From Eledone cirrhosa (lineage: Eukaryota), in assembly GCA_964016885.1 (NCBI GenBank), contig OZ024762.1, positions 29,450,001-29,514,000 on the forward strand: DNA of 64,000 nucleotides, in the 5' to 3' direction. The notes beneath the pieces were generated by a model. It did no database searches, was not told the origin of the DNA, and saw only the letters and a program-made list of their open reading frames with translations. The position numbers and the translations under genes are program-made. This document shows, piece after piece, positions 24,001 to 35,899 of the stretch. Position 1 is the first letter of the stretch. The number at the start of each line of letters is the position of its first letter.

Positions 24001-27000
24001 GGTGGGTTGTCAGTAAGGGTAGAGGGTCAGATGTCAGGTTAGGGTGGTGGGTTGGCAGTAAGGGTAGAGGGTCAGATGTCATGTTAGGGTGGTGGGTTTG
24101 CAGTATTGGTAGAGGGTCAGATGTCAGGTTAGGGTGGTGGGTTGGCAGTATTGGTAGAGGGTCACATGTCAGGTTAGGGTGGTGGTTTGGCAGTATTGGT
24201 AGAGGGTCAGATGTCAGGTTAGGGTGGTGGTTTGGCAGTATTGGTAGAGGGTCAGATGTCATGTTAGGGTGGTGGTTTGGCAGTAAGGGTAGAGGGTCAG
24301 ATGTCATGTTAGGGTGGTTGGTTGGCAGGAAGGGTAGAGGGTCAGATGTCATGTTAGGGTGGTGGGTTGGCAGTATTGGTAGAGGGTCAGACGCCATGTT
24401 AGGGTGGTGGGTTGGCAGTATTGGTAGAGGGTCAGATGTCATGTTAGGGTGGTGGGTTGGCAGTATTGGTAGAGGGTCAGATGTCATGTTAGGGTGGTGG
24501 GTTGGCAGTATTGGTAGAGGGTCAGATGTCAGGTTAGGGTTTTGGGTTGGCAGTAAGGGTAGAGGGTCAGATGTCAGGTTAGGGTTGTGGGTTGCCAGTA
24601 TTGGTAGAGGGTCAGATGTCAGGTTAGGGTGGTGGGTTGGCAGTATTGGTAGAGGGTCAGATGTCAGGTTAGGGTGGTGGGTTGGCAGTATTGGTAGAGG
24701 GTCAGACGCCATGTTAGGGTGGTGGGTTGGCAGTATTGGTAGAGGGTCAGATGTCATGTTAGGGTGGTGGGTTGCCAGTATTGGTAGAGGGTCAGATGTC
24801 AGGTTAGGGTGGTGGGTTGGCAGTATTGGTAGAGGGTCAGATGTCAGGTTAGGGTGGTGGGTTGGCAGTATTGGTAGAGGGTCAGACGCCATGTTAGGGT
24901 GGTGGGTTGGCAGTATTGGTAGAGGGTCAGATGTCATGTTAGGGTGGTGGGTTGGCAGTATTGGTAGAGGGTCAGATGTCAGGTTAGGGTGGTGGGTTGG
25001 CAGTATTGGTAGAGGGTCAGATGTCAGGTTAGGGTGGTGGGTTGGCAGTAAGGGTAGAGGGTCAGATGTCAGGTTAGGGTGGTGGGTTGCCAGTATTGGT
25101 AGAGGGTCAGATGTCAGGTTAGGGTGGTGGGTTGGCAGTATTGGTAGAGGGTCAGACGTCAGGTTAGGGTGGTGGGTTGGCAGTATTGGTAGAGGGTCAG
25201 ATGTCAGGTTAGGGTGGTGTGTTGGCAGTATTGGTAGAGGGTCAGATGTCATGTTAGGGTGGTGGGTTGGCAGTATTGGTAGAGGGTCAGATGTCATGTT
25301 AGGGTGGTGGGTTGGCAGTATTGGTAGAGGATCAGAAGTCATGTTAGGGTGGTGGGTTGGCAGTATTGGTAGAGGGTCAGATGTCAGGTTAGGGTGGTGG
25401 TTTGGCAGTATTGGTAGAGGGTCAGATGTCATGTTAGGGTGGTGGTTTGGCAGTAAGGGTAGAGGGTCAGATGTCATGTTAGGGTGGTGGGTTGGCAGTA
25501 AGGGTAGAGGGTCAGATGTCATGTTAGGGTGGTGGGTTGGCAGTATTGGTAGAGGGTCAGACGCCATGTTAGGGTGGTGGGTTGGCAGTATTGGTAGAGG
25601 GTCAGATGTCATGTTAGGGTGGTGGGTTGGCAGTATTGGTAGAGGGTCAGATGTCATGTTAGGGTGGTGGGTTGGCAGTATTGGTAGAGGGTCAGATGTC
25701 AGGTTAGGGTGGTGGGTTGGCAGTAAGAGTAGAGGGTCAGATGTCAGGTTAGGGTGGTGGGTTGCCAGTATTGGTAGAGGGTCAGATGTCAGGTTAGGGT
25801 GGTGGGTTGGCAGTATTGGTAGAGGGTCAGATGTCAGGTTAGGGTGGTGGGTTGGCAGTATTGGTAGAGGCTCAGATGTCAGGTTAGGGTGGTGGGTTGG
25901 CTGTAAGGGTAGAGGGTCAGATGTCAGTTTAGGGTGGTGGTTTGGCAGGAAGGGTAGAGGGTCAGATGTCATGTTAGGGTGGTGGGTTGGCAGTATTGGT
26001 AGAGGGTCAGATGTCATGTTAGGGTGGTGGGTTGGCAGTATTGGTAGAGGATCAGATGTCATGTTAGGGTGGTGGGTTGGCAGTATTGGTAGAGGGTCAG
26101 ATGTCAGGTTAGGGTGGTGGGTTGGCAGTAAGGGTAGAGGGTCAGATGTCAGGTTAGGGTGGTGGGTTGGCAGTATTGGTAGAGGGTCAGATGTCAGGTT
26201 AGGGTGGTGGGTTGGCAGTAAGGGTATAGGGTCAGATGTCAGGTTAGGGTGGTGGGTTGGCAGTAAGGGTAGAGGGTCAGATGTCAGGTTATGGTGGTGG
26301 GTTGGCAGTATTGGTAGAGGGTCAGATGTCAGGTTAGGGTGATGGGTTGGCAGTATTGGTAGAGGGTCAGATGTCAGGTTAGGGTGGTGGGTTGGCAGTA
26401 TTGGTAGAGGGTCATATGTCAGGTTAGGGTGGTGGGTTGGCAGTAAGGGTAGAGGGTCAGATTCATGTTAGGGTGGTGGGTTGGCAGTATTGGTAGAGGG
26501 TCAGATGTCAGGTTAGGGTGGTGGGTTGTCAGTAAGGGTAGAGGCTCAGATGTCAGGTTAGGGTGGTGGGTTGTCAGTAAGGGTAGAGGGTCAGATGTCA
26601 GGTTAGGGTGGTGGGTTGGCAGTAAGGGTAGAGGGTCAGATGTCATGTTAGGGTGGTAGGTTGGCAGTAAGGGTAGAGGGTCAGATGTCATGTTAGGGTG
26701 GTGGGTTGGCAGTAAGGGTAGAGGGTCAGATGTCAGGTTAGGGTGGTGGGTTGTCAGTAAGGGTAGAGGGTCAGATGTCAGGTTAGGGTGGTGGGTTGGC
26801 AGTAAGGGTAGAGGGTCAGATGTCATGTTAGGGTGGTGGGTTTGCAGTATTGGTAGAGGGTCAGATGTCAGGTTAGGGTGGTGGGTTGGCAGTATTGGTA
26901 GAGGGTCACATGACAGGTTAGGGAGGTGGTTTGGCAGTATTGGTAGAGGGTCAGATGTCAGGTTAGGGTGGTGGTTTGGCAGTATTGGTAGAGGGTCAGA

Positions 27001-27200
27001 TGTCATGTTAGGGTGGTGGTTTGGCAGTAAGGGTAGAGGGTCAGATGTCCTGTTAGGGTGGTGGGTTGGCAGTAAGGGTAGAGGGTCAGATGTCATGTTA
27101 GGGTGGTGGGTTGGCAGTATTGGTAGAGGGTCAGACGCCATGTTAGGGTGGTGGGTTGGCAGTATTGGTAGAGGGTCAGATGTCATGTTAGGGTGGTGGG
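18100..27200 (+). repeat. Near-identical tandem duplication with a period of 4724 bp (105 monomers minus 1 bp)
   Basis: Paired landmarks all differ by 4724: 18147/22871 (CATGTGAGG), 18367/23091, 19200/23924, 21618/26342, and the G-deletion at 21738/26462. The two 798-aa pseudo-ORFs are nearly identical. Confidence 0.9.
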
Positions 27201-29099
27201 TTGGCAGTATTGGTAGAGGGTCAGATGTCAGGTTAGGGTGGTGGGTTGGCAGTAAGGGTAGAGGGTCAGATGTCAGGTTAGTGTGGTGGGTTGCCAGTAT
27301 TGGTAGAGGGTCAGATGTCAGGTTAGGGTGGTGGGCTGGCAGTATTGGTAGAGGGTCAGATGTCAGGTTAGGGTGGTGGGTTGGCAGTATTGGTAGAGGG
27401 TCAGACGCCATGTTAGGGTGGTGGGTTGGCAGTATTGGTAGAGGGTCAGATGTCATGTTAGGGTGGTGGGTTGGCAGTATTGGTAGAGGGTCAGATGTCA
27501 TGTTAGGGTGGTGGGTTGGCAGTATTCGTAGAGGGTCAGATGTCAGGTTAGGGTGGTGGGTTGGCAGTAAGGGTAGAGGGTCAGATGTCAGGTTAGGGTG
27601 GTGGGTTGCCAGTATTGGTAGAGGGTCAGATGTCAGGTTAGGGTGGTGGGTTGGCAGTATTGGTAGGGTCAGATGTCAGGTTAGGGTGGTGGGTTGGCAG
27701 TATTGGTAGAGGGTCAGACGCCATGTTAGGGTGGTGGGTTGGCAGTATTGGTAGAGGGTCAGATGTCAGGTTAGGGTGGTGGGTTGGCAGTATTGGTAGA
27801 GGGTCAGATGTCATGTTAGGGTGGTGGGTTGGCAGTATTGGTAGAGGGTCAGATGTCAGGTTAGGGTGATGGGTTGGCAGTAAGCGTAGAGGTTCAGATG
27901 TCAGGTTAGGGTGGTGGTTTGCCAGTATTGTTAGAGGGTCAGATGTCAGGTTAGGGTGGTGGGTTTTCAGTATTGGTAGAGGGTCAGATGTCAGGTTAGG
28001 GTGGTGGGTTGGCAGTATTGGTAGAGGGTCAGATGTCAGGTTAGGGTGGTGGGTTGTCAGTAAGGGTAGAGGGTCAGATGTCAGGTTAGGGTGGTGGGTT
28101 GGCAGTATTGGTAGAGGGTCAGATGTCATGTTAGGGTGGTGGGTTGGCAGTATTGGTAGAGGGTCAGATGTCATGTTAGGGTGGTTGGTTGGCAGGAAGG
28201 GTAGAGGGTCAGATGTCAGGTTAGGGTGGTGGGTTGGCAGTAAGGGTAGAGGGTCAGATGTCAGGTTAGGGTGGTGGGTTGCCAGTATTGGTAGAGGGTC
28301 AGATGTCAGGTTAGGGTGGTGGGTTGGCAGTATTGGTAGAGGGTCAGATGTCAGGTTAGGGTGGTGGGTTGGCAGTATTGGTAGAGGGTCAGACGCCATG
28401 TTAGGGTGGTGGGTTGGCAGTATTGGTAGAGGGTCAGATGTCATGTTAGGGTGGTGGGTTGGCAGTATTGGTAGAGGGTCAGATGTCATGTTAGGGTGGT
28501 GGGTTGGCAGTATTGGTAGAGGGTCAGATGTCAGGTTAGGGTGGTGGGTTGGCAGTAAGGGTAGAGGGTCAGATGTCAGGTTAGGGTGGTGGGTTGCCAG
28601 TATTGGTAGAGGGTCAGATGTCAGGTTAGGGTGGTGGGTTGGCAGTATTGGTAGAGGGTCAGATGTCAGGTTAGGGTGGTGGGTTGGCAGTATTGGTAGA
28701 GGGTCAGATGTCATGTTAGGGTGGTGGGTTGCCAGTATTGGTAGAGGGTCAGATGTCAGGTTAGGGTGGTGGGTTGGCAGTATTGGTAGAGGGTCTGATG
28801 TCAGGTTAGGGTGGTGGGTTGGCAGTATTGGTAGAGGGTCAGATGTCATGTTAGGGTGGTGGGTTGGCAGTATTGGTAGAGGGTCAGATGTCATGTTAGG
28901 GTGGTGGGTTGGCAGTATTGGTAGAGGGTCAGATGTCAGGTTAGGGTGGTGGGTTGGCAGTAAGAGTAGAGGGTCAGATGTCAGGTTAGGGTGGTGGGTT
29001 GCCAGTATTGGTAGAGGGTCAGATGTCAGGTTAGGGTGGTGGGTTGGCAGTATTGGTAGAGGGTCAGATGTCAGGTTAGGGTGGTGGGTTGGCAGTATT

Positions 29100-32000
29100 G
29101 GTAGAGGCTCAGATGTCAGGTTAGGGTGGTGGGTTGGCAGTAAGGGTAGAGGGTCAGATGTCAGTTTAGGGTGGTGGTTTGGCAGGAAGGGTAGAGGGTC
29201 AGATGTCATGTTAGGGTGGTGGGTTGGCAGTATTGGTAGAGGGTCAGATGTCATGTTAGGGTGGTGGGTTGGCAGTATTGGTAGAGGATCAGATGTCATG
29301 TTAGGGTGGTGGGTTGGCAGTATTGGTAGAGGGTCAGATGTCAGGTTAGGGTGGTGGGTTGGCAGTAAGGGTAGAGGGTCAGATGTCAGGTTAGGGTGGT
29401 GGGTTGGCAGTATTGGTAGAGGGTCAGATGTCAGGTTAGGCTGGTGGGTTGGCAGTAAGGGTATAGGGTCAGATGTCAGGTTAGGGTGGTGGGTTGGCAG
29501 TAAGGGTAGAGGGTCAGATGTCAGGTTATGGTGGTGGGTTGGCAGTATTGGTAGAGGGTCAGATGTCAGGTTAGGGTGATGGGTTGGCAGTATTGGTAGA
29601 GGGTCATATGTCAGGTTAGGGTGGTGGGTTGGCAGTAAGGGTAGAGGGTCAGATTCATGTTAGGGTGGTGGGTTGGCAGTATTGGTAGAGGGTCAGATGT
29701 CAGGTTAGGGTGGTGGGTTGTCAGTAAGGGTAGAGGCTCAGATGTCAGGTTAGGGTGGTGGGTTGTCAGTAAGGGTAGAGGGTCAGATGTCAGGTTAGGG
29801 TGGTGGGTTGGCAGTAAGGGTAGAGGGTCAGATGTCATGTTAGGGTGGTGGGTTGGCAGTAAGGGTAGAGGGTCAGATGTCATGTTAGGGTGGTGGGTTG
29901 GCAGTAAGGGTAGAGGGTCAGGCACCATGTTAGGGTGGTGGGTTGGCAGTAAGGGTAGAGGGTCAGATGTCATGTTAGGGTGGTGGGTTGGCAGTAAGGG
30001 TAGAGGGTCAGATGTCAGGTTAGGGTGGTGGGTTGTCAGTAAGGGTAGAGGGTCAGATGTCAGGTTAGGGTGGTGGGTTGGCAGTAAGGGTAGAGGGTCA
30101 GATGTCATGTTAGGGTGGTGGGTTTGCAGTATTGGTAGAGGGTCAGATGTCAGGTTAGGGTGGTGGGTTGGCAGTATTGGTAGAGGGTCACATGACAGGT
30201 TAGGGAGGTGGTTTGGCAGTATTGGTAGAGGGTCAGATGTCAGGTTAGGGTGGTGGTTTGGCAGTATTGGTAGAGGGTCAGATGTCATGTTAGGGTGGTG
30301 GTTTGGCAGTAAGGGTAGAGGGTCAGATGTCCTGTTAGGGTGGTGGGTTGGCAGTAAGGGTAGAGGGTCAGACGCCATGTTAGGGTGGTGGGTTGGCAGT
30401 ATTGGTAGAGGGTCAGATGTCATGTTAGGGTGGTGGGTTGGCAGTATTGGTAGAGGGTCAGATGTCATGTTAGGGTGGTGGGTTGGCAGTATTGGTAGAG
30501 GGTCAGATGTCAGGTTAGGGTGGTGGGTTGGCAGTAAGGGTAGAGGGTCAGATGTCAGGTTAGGGTGGTGGGTTGCCAGTATTGGTAGAGGGTCAGATGT
30601 CAGGCTAGGGTGGTGGGTTGGCAGTATTGGTAGAGGGTCAGATGTCAGGTTAGGGTGGTGGGTTGGCAGTATTGGTAGAGGGTCAGATGTCATGTTAGGG
30701 TGGTGGGTTGGCAGTATTGGTAGAGGGTCAGATGTCAGGTTATGGTGGTGGGTTGGCAGTAAGGGTAGAGGGTCAGATGTCAGGTTAGTGTGGTGGGTTG
30801 CCAGTATTGGTAGAGGGTCAGATGTCTGGTTAGGGTGGTGGGTTGGCAGTATTGGTAGAGGGTCCGATGTCAGGTTAGGGTGGTGGGTTGGCAGTAAGGG
30901 TAGAGTGTCAGACACCATGTTAGGGTGGTGGGTTGGCAGTAAGGGTAGAGGGTCAGATGTCAGGTTAGGGTGGTGGGTTGTCAGTAAGGGTAGAGGGTCA
31001 GATGTCAGGTTAGGGTGGTGGGTTGGCAGTAAGGGTAGAGGGTCAGATGTCATGTTAGGGTGTTGGGTTTGCAGTATTGGTAGAGGGTCAGATGTCAGGT
31101 TAGGGTGGTGGGTTGGCAGTATTGGTAGAGGGTCACATGTCAGGTTAGGGTGGTGGTTTGGTAGTATTGGTTGAGGGTCAGATGTCAGGTTAGGGTGGTG
31201 GTTTGGCAGTATTGGTAGAGGGTCAGATGTCATGTTAGGGTGGTGGTTTGGCAGTAAGGGTAGAGGGTCAGATGTCATGTTAGGGTGGTGGGTTGGCAGG
31301 AAGGGTAGAGGGTCAGATGTCATGTTAGGGTGGTGGGTTGGCAGTATTGGTAGAGGGTCAGACGCCATGTTAGGGTGGTGGGTTGGCAGTATTGGTAGAG
31401 GGTCAGATGTCATGTTAGGGTGGTGGGTTGGCAGTAAGGGTAGAGGGTCAGATGTCAGGTTAGGGTGGTGGGTTGGCAGTATTGGTAGAGGCTCAGATGT
31501 CAGGTTAGGGTGGTGGGTTGGCAGTAAGGGTAGAGGGTCAGATGTCAGTTTAGGGTGGTGGTTTGGCAGGAAGGGTAGAGGGTCAGATGTCATGTTAGGG
31601 TGGTGGGTTGGCAGTATTGGTAGAGGGTCAGATGTCATGTTAGGGTGGTGGGTTGGCAGTATTGGTAGAGGATCAGATGTCATGTTAGGGTGGTGGGTTG
31701 GCAGTATTGGTAGAGGGTCAGATGTCAGGTTAGGGTGGTGGGTTGGCAGTAAGGGTAGAGGGTCAGATGTCAGGTTAGGGTGGTGGGTTGGCAGTATTGG
31801 TAGAGGGTCAGATGTCAGGTTAGGGTGGTGGGTTGGCAGTAAGGGTATAGGGTCAGATGTCAGGTTAGGGTGGTGGGTTGGCAGTAAGGGTAGAGGGTCA
31901 GATGTCAGGTTATGGTGGTGGGTTGGCAGTATTGGTAGAGGGTCAGATGTCAGGTTAGGGTGATGGGTTGGCAGTATTGGTAGAGGGTCATATGTCAGGT

Positions 32001-33800
32001 TAGGGTGGTGGGTTGGCAGTAAGGGTAGAGGGTCAGATTCATGTTAGGGTGGTGGGTTGGCAGTATTGGTAGAGGGTCAGATGTCAGGTTAGGGTGGTGG
32101 GTTGTCAGTAAGGGTAGAGGCTCAGATGTCAGGTTAGGGTGGTGGGTTGTCAGTAAGGGTAGAGGGTCAGATGTCAGGTTAGGGTGGTGGGTTGGCAGTA
32201 AGGGTAGAGGGTCAGATGTCATGTTAGGGTGGTGGGTTGGCAGTAAGGGTAGAGGGTCAGATGTCATGTTAGGGTGGTGGGTTGGCAGTAAGGGTAGAGG
32301 GTCAGGCACCATGTTAGGGTGGTGGGTTGGCAGTAAGGGTAGAGGGTCAGATGTCATGTTAGGGTGGTGGGTTGGCAGTAAGGGTAGAGGGTCAGATGTC
32401 AGGTTAGGGTGGTGGGTTGTCAGTAAGGGTAGAGGGTCAGATGTCAGGTTAGGGTGGTGGGTTGGCAGTAAGGGTAGAGGGTCAGATGTCATGTTAGGGT
32501 GGTGGGTTTGCAGTATTGGTAGAGGGTCAGATGTCAGGTTAGGGTGGTGGGTTGGCAGTATTGGTAGAGGGTCACATGACAGGTTAGGGAGGTGGTTTGG
32601 CAGTATTGGTAGAGGGTCAGATGTCAGGTTAGGGTGGTGGTTTGGCAGTATTGGTAGAGGGTCAGATGTCATGTTAGGGTGGTGGTTTGGCAGTAAGGGT
32701 AGAGGGTCAGATGTCCTGTTAGGGTGGTGGGTTGGCAGTAAGGGTAGAGGGTCAGACGCCATGTTAGGGTGGTGGGTTGGCAGTATTGGTAGAGGGTCAG
32801 ATGTCATGTTAGGGTGGTGGGTTGGCAGTATTGGTAGAGGGTCAGATGTCATGTTAGGGTGGTGGGTTGGCAGTATTGGTAGAGGGTCAGATGTCAGGTT
32901 AGGGTGGTGGGTTGGCAGTAAGGGTAGAGGGTCAGATGTCAGGTTAGGGTGGTGGGTTGCCAGTATTGGTAGAGGGTCAGATGTCAGGTTAGGGTGGTGG
33001 GTTGGCAGTATTGGTAGAGGGTCAGATGTCAGGTTAGGGTGGTGGGTTGGCAGTATTGGTAGAGGGTCAGATGTCATGTTAGGGTGGTGGGTTGGCAGTA
33101 TTGGTAGAGGGTCAGATGTCAGGTTATGGTGGTGGGTTGGCAGTAAGGGTAGAGGGTCAGATGTCAGGTTAGTGTGGTGGGTTGCCAGTATTGGTAGAGG
33201 GTCAGATGTCTGGTTAGGGTGGTGGGTTGGCAGTATTGGTAGAGGGTCCGATGTCAGGTTAGGGTGGTGGGTTGGCAGTAAGGGTAGAGTGTCAGACACC
33301 ATGTTAGGGTGGTGGGTTGGCAGTAAGGGTAGAGGGTCAGATGTCAGGTTAGGGTGGTGGGTTGTCAGTAAGGGTAGAGGGTCAGATGTCAGGTTAGGGT
33401 GGTGGGTTGGCAGTAAGGGTAGAGGGTCAGATGTCATGTTAGGGTGTTGGGTTTGCAGTATTGGTAGAGGGTCAGATGTCAGGTTAGGGTGGTGGGTTGG
33501 CAGTATTGGTAGAGGGTCACATGTCAGGTTAGGGTGGTGGTTTGGTAGTATTGGTTGAGGGTCAGATGTCAGGTTAGGGTGGTGGTTTGGCAGTATTGGT
33601 AGAGGGTCAGATGTCATGTTAGGGTGGTGGTTTGGCAGTAAGGGTAGAGGGTCAGATGTCATGTTAGGGTGGTGGGTTGGCAGGAAGGGTAGAGGGTCAG
33701 ATGTCATGTTAGGGTGGTGGGTTGGCAGTATTGGTAGAGGGTCAGACGCCATGTTAGGGTGGTGGGTTGGCAGTATTGGTAGAGGGTCAGATGTCATGTT
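29100..33800 (+). repeat. Tandem duplication with a period of 2384 bp (53 monomers minus 1 bp)
   Basis: Landmarks 29579/31963, the G-deletion at 29654/32038, and 31174/33558 all differ by 2384. The 505-aa translations 29657..31174 and 32041..33558 read the same. Confidence 0.9.
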
Positions 33801-35899
33801 AGGGTGGTGGGTTGGCAGTATTGGTAGAGGGTCAGATGTCATGTTAGGGTGGTGGGTTGGCAGTATTGGTAGAGGGTCAGATGTCAGGTTAGGGTTTTGG
33901 GTTGGCAGTAAGGGTAGAGGGTCAGATGTCAGGTTAGGGTTGTGGGTTGCCAGTATTGGTAGAGGGTCAGATGTCAGGTTAGGGTGGTGGGTTGGCAGTA
34001 TTGGTAGAGGGTCAGATGTCAGGTTAGGGTGGTGGGTTGGCAGTATTGGTAGAGGGTCAGACGCCATGTTAGGGTGGTGGGTTGGCAGTATTGGTAGAGG
34101 GTCAGATGTCATGTTAGGGTGGTGGGTTGGCAGTATTGGTAGAGGGTCAGATGTCATGTTAGGGTGGTGGGTTGGCAGTATTGGTAGAGGGTCAGATGTC
34201 AGGTTAGGGTGGTGGGTTGGCTGTAAGGGTAGAGGGTCCGATGTCAGGTTAGGGTGGTGGGTTGCCAGTATTGGTAGAGGGTCAGATGTCAGGTTAGGGT
34301 GGTGGGTTGGCAGTATTGGTAGAGGGTCAGATGTCAGGTTAGGGTGGTGGGTTGGCAGTATTGGTAGAGGGTCAGATGTCATGTTAGGGTGGTGGGTTGG
34401 CAGTATTGGTAGAGGGTCAGACGCCATGATAGGGTGGTGGGTTGGCAGTATTGGTAGAGGGTCAGATGTCATGTTAGGGTGGTGGGTTGGCAGTATTGGT
34501 AGAGGGTCAGATGTCAGGTTAGGGTGGTGGGTTGGCAGTAAGGGTAGAGGGTCAGATGTCAGGTTAGGGTGGTGGGTTGCCAGTATTGGTAGAGGGTCAG
34601 ATGTCAGGTTAGGGTGGTGGGTTGGCAGTATTGGTAGAGGGTCAGATGTCAGGTTAGGGTGGTGGGTTGGCAGTATTGGTAGAGGGTCAGATGTCAGGTT
34701 AGGGTGGTGGGTTGGCAGTAAGGGTAGAGGGTCAGATGTCAGGTTAGGGTGGTGTGTTGGCAGTATTGGTAGAGGGTCAGATGTCATGTTAGGGTGGTGG
34801 GTTGGCAGTATTGGTAGAGGGTCAGATGTCATGTTAGGGTGGTGGGTTGGCAGTATTGGTAGAGGATCAGAAGTCATGTTAGGGTGGTGGGTTGGCAGTA
34901 TTGGTAGAGGGTCAGATGTCAGGTTAGGGTGGTGGTTTGGCAGTATTGGTAGAGGGTCAGATGTCATGTTAGGGTGGTGGTTTGGCAGTAAGGGTAGAGG
35001 GTCAGATGTCATGTTAGGGTGGTGGGTTGGCAGTAAGGGTAGAGGGTCAGATGTCAGGTTAGGGTGGTGGGTTGGCAGTAAGGGTAGAGGGTCAGATGTC
35101 AGGTTAGGGTGGTGGGTTGTCAGTAAGGGTAGAGGGTCAGATGTCAGGTTAGGGTGGTGGGTTGTCAGTAAGGGTAGAGGGTCAGATGTCAGGTTAGGGT
35201 GGTGGGTTGGAAGTAAGGGTAGAGGGTCAGATGTCAGGTTAGGGTGGTGGGTTGGCAGTAAGGGTAGAGGGTCAGATGTCAGGTTAGGGTGGTGGGTTGG
35301 CAGTAAGGGTAGAGGGTCAGATGTCATGTTAAGGTGGTGGGTTGGCAGTAAGGATAGAGGGTCAGATGTCATGTTAGGGTGGTGGGTTGGCAGTAAGGGT
35401 AGAGGGTCAGACACCATGTTAGGGTGGTGGGTTGGCAGTTAGGGTAGAGGGTCAGATGTCATGTTATGGTGGTGGGTTGGCAGTAAGGGTAGAGGGTCAG
35501 ATGTCAGGTTAGGGTGGTGGGTTGTCAGTAAGGGTAGAGGGTCAGATGTCAGGTTAGGGTGGTGGGTTGGCAGTAAGGGTAGAGGGTCAGATGTCATGTT
35601 AGGGTGGTGGGTTTGCAGTATTGGTAGAGGGTCAGATGTCAGGTTAGGGTGGTGGGTTGGCAGTATTGGTAGAGGGTCACATGTCAGGTTAGGGTGGTGG
35701 TTTGGCAGTATTGGTAGAGGGTCAGATGTCAGGTTAGGGTGGTGGTTTGGCAGTATTGGTAGAGGGTCAGATGTCATGTTAGGGTGGTGGTTTGGCAGTA
35801 AGGGTAGAGGGTCAGATGTCATGTTAGGGTGGTTGGTTGGCAGGAAGGGTAGAGGGTCAGATGTCATGTTAGGGTGGTGGGTTGGCAGTATTGGTAGAG

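Noticed and set aside
29440-29447. Exact E. coli Chi site GCTGGTGG (also at 55939-55946) as a functional RecBCD signal
   Set aside because: These are single-base variants of the monomer's GGTGGTGG, and nothing indicates a bacterial context.
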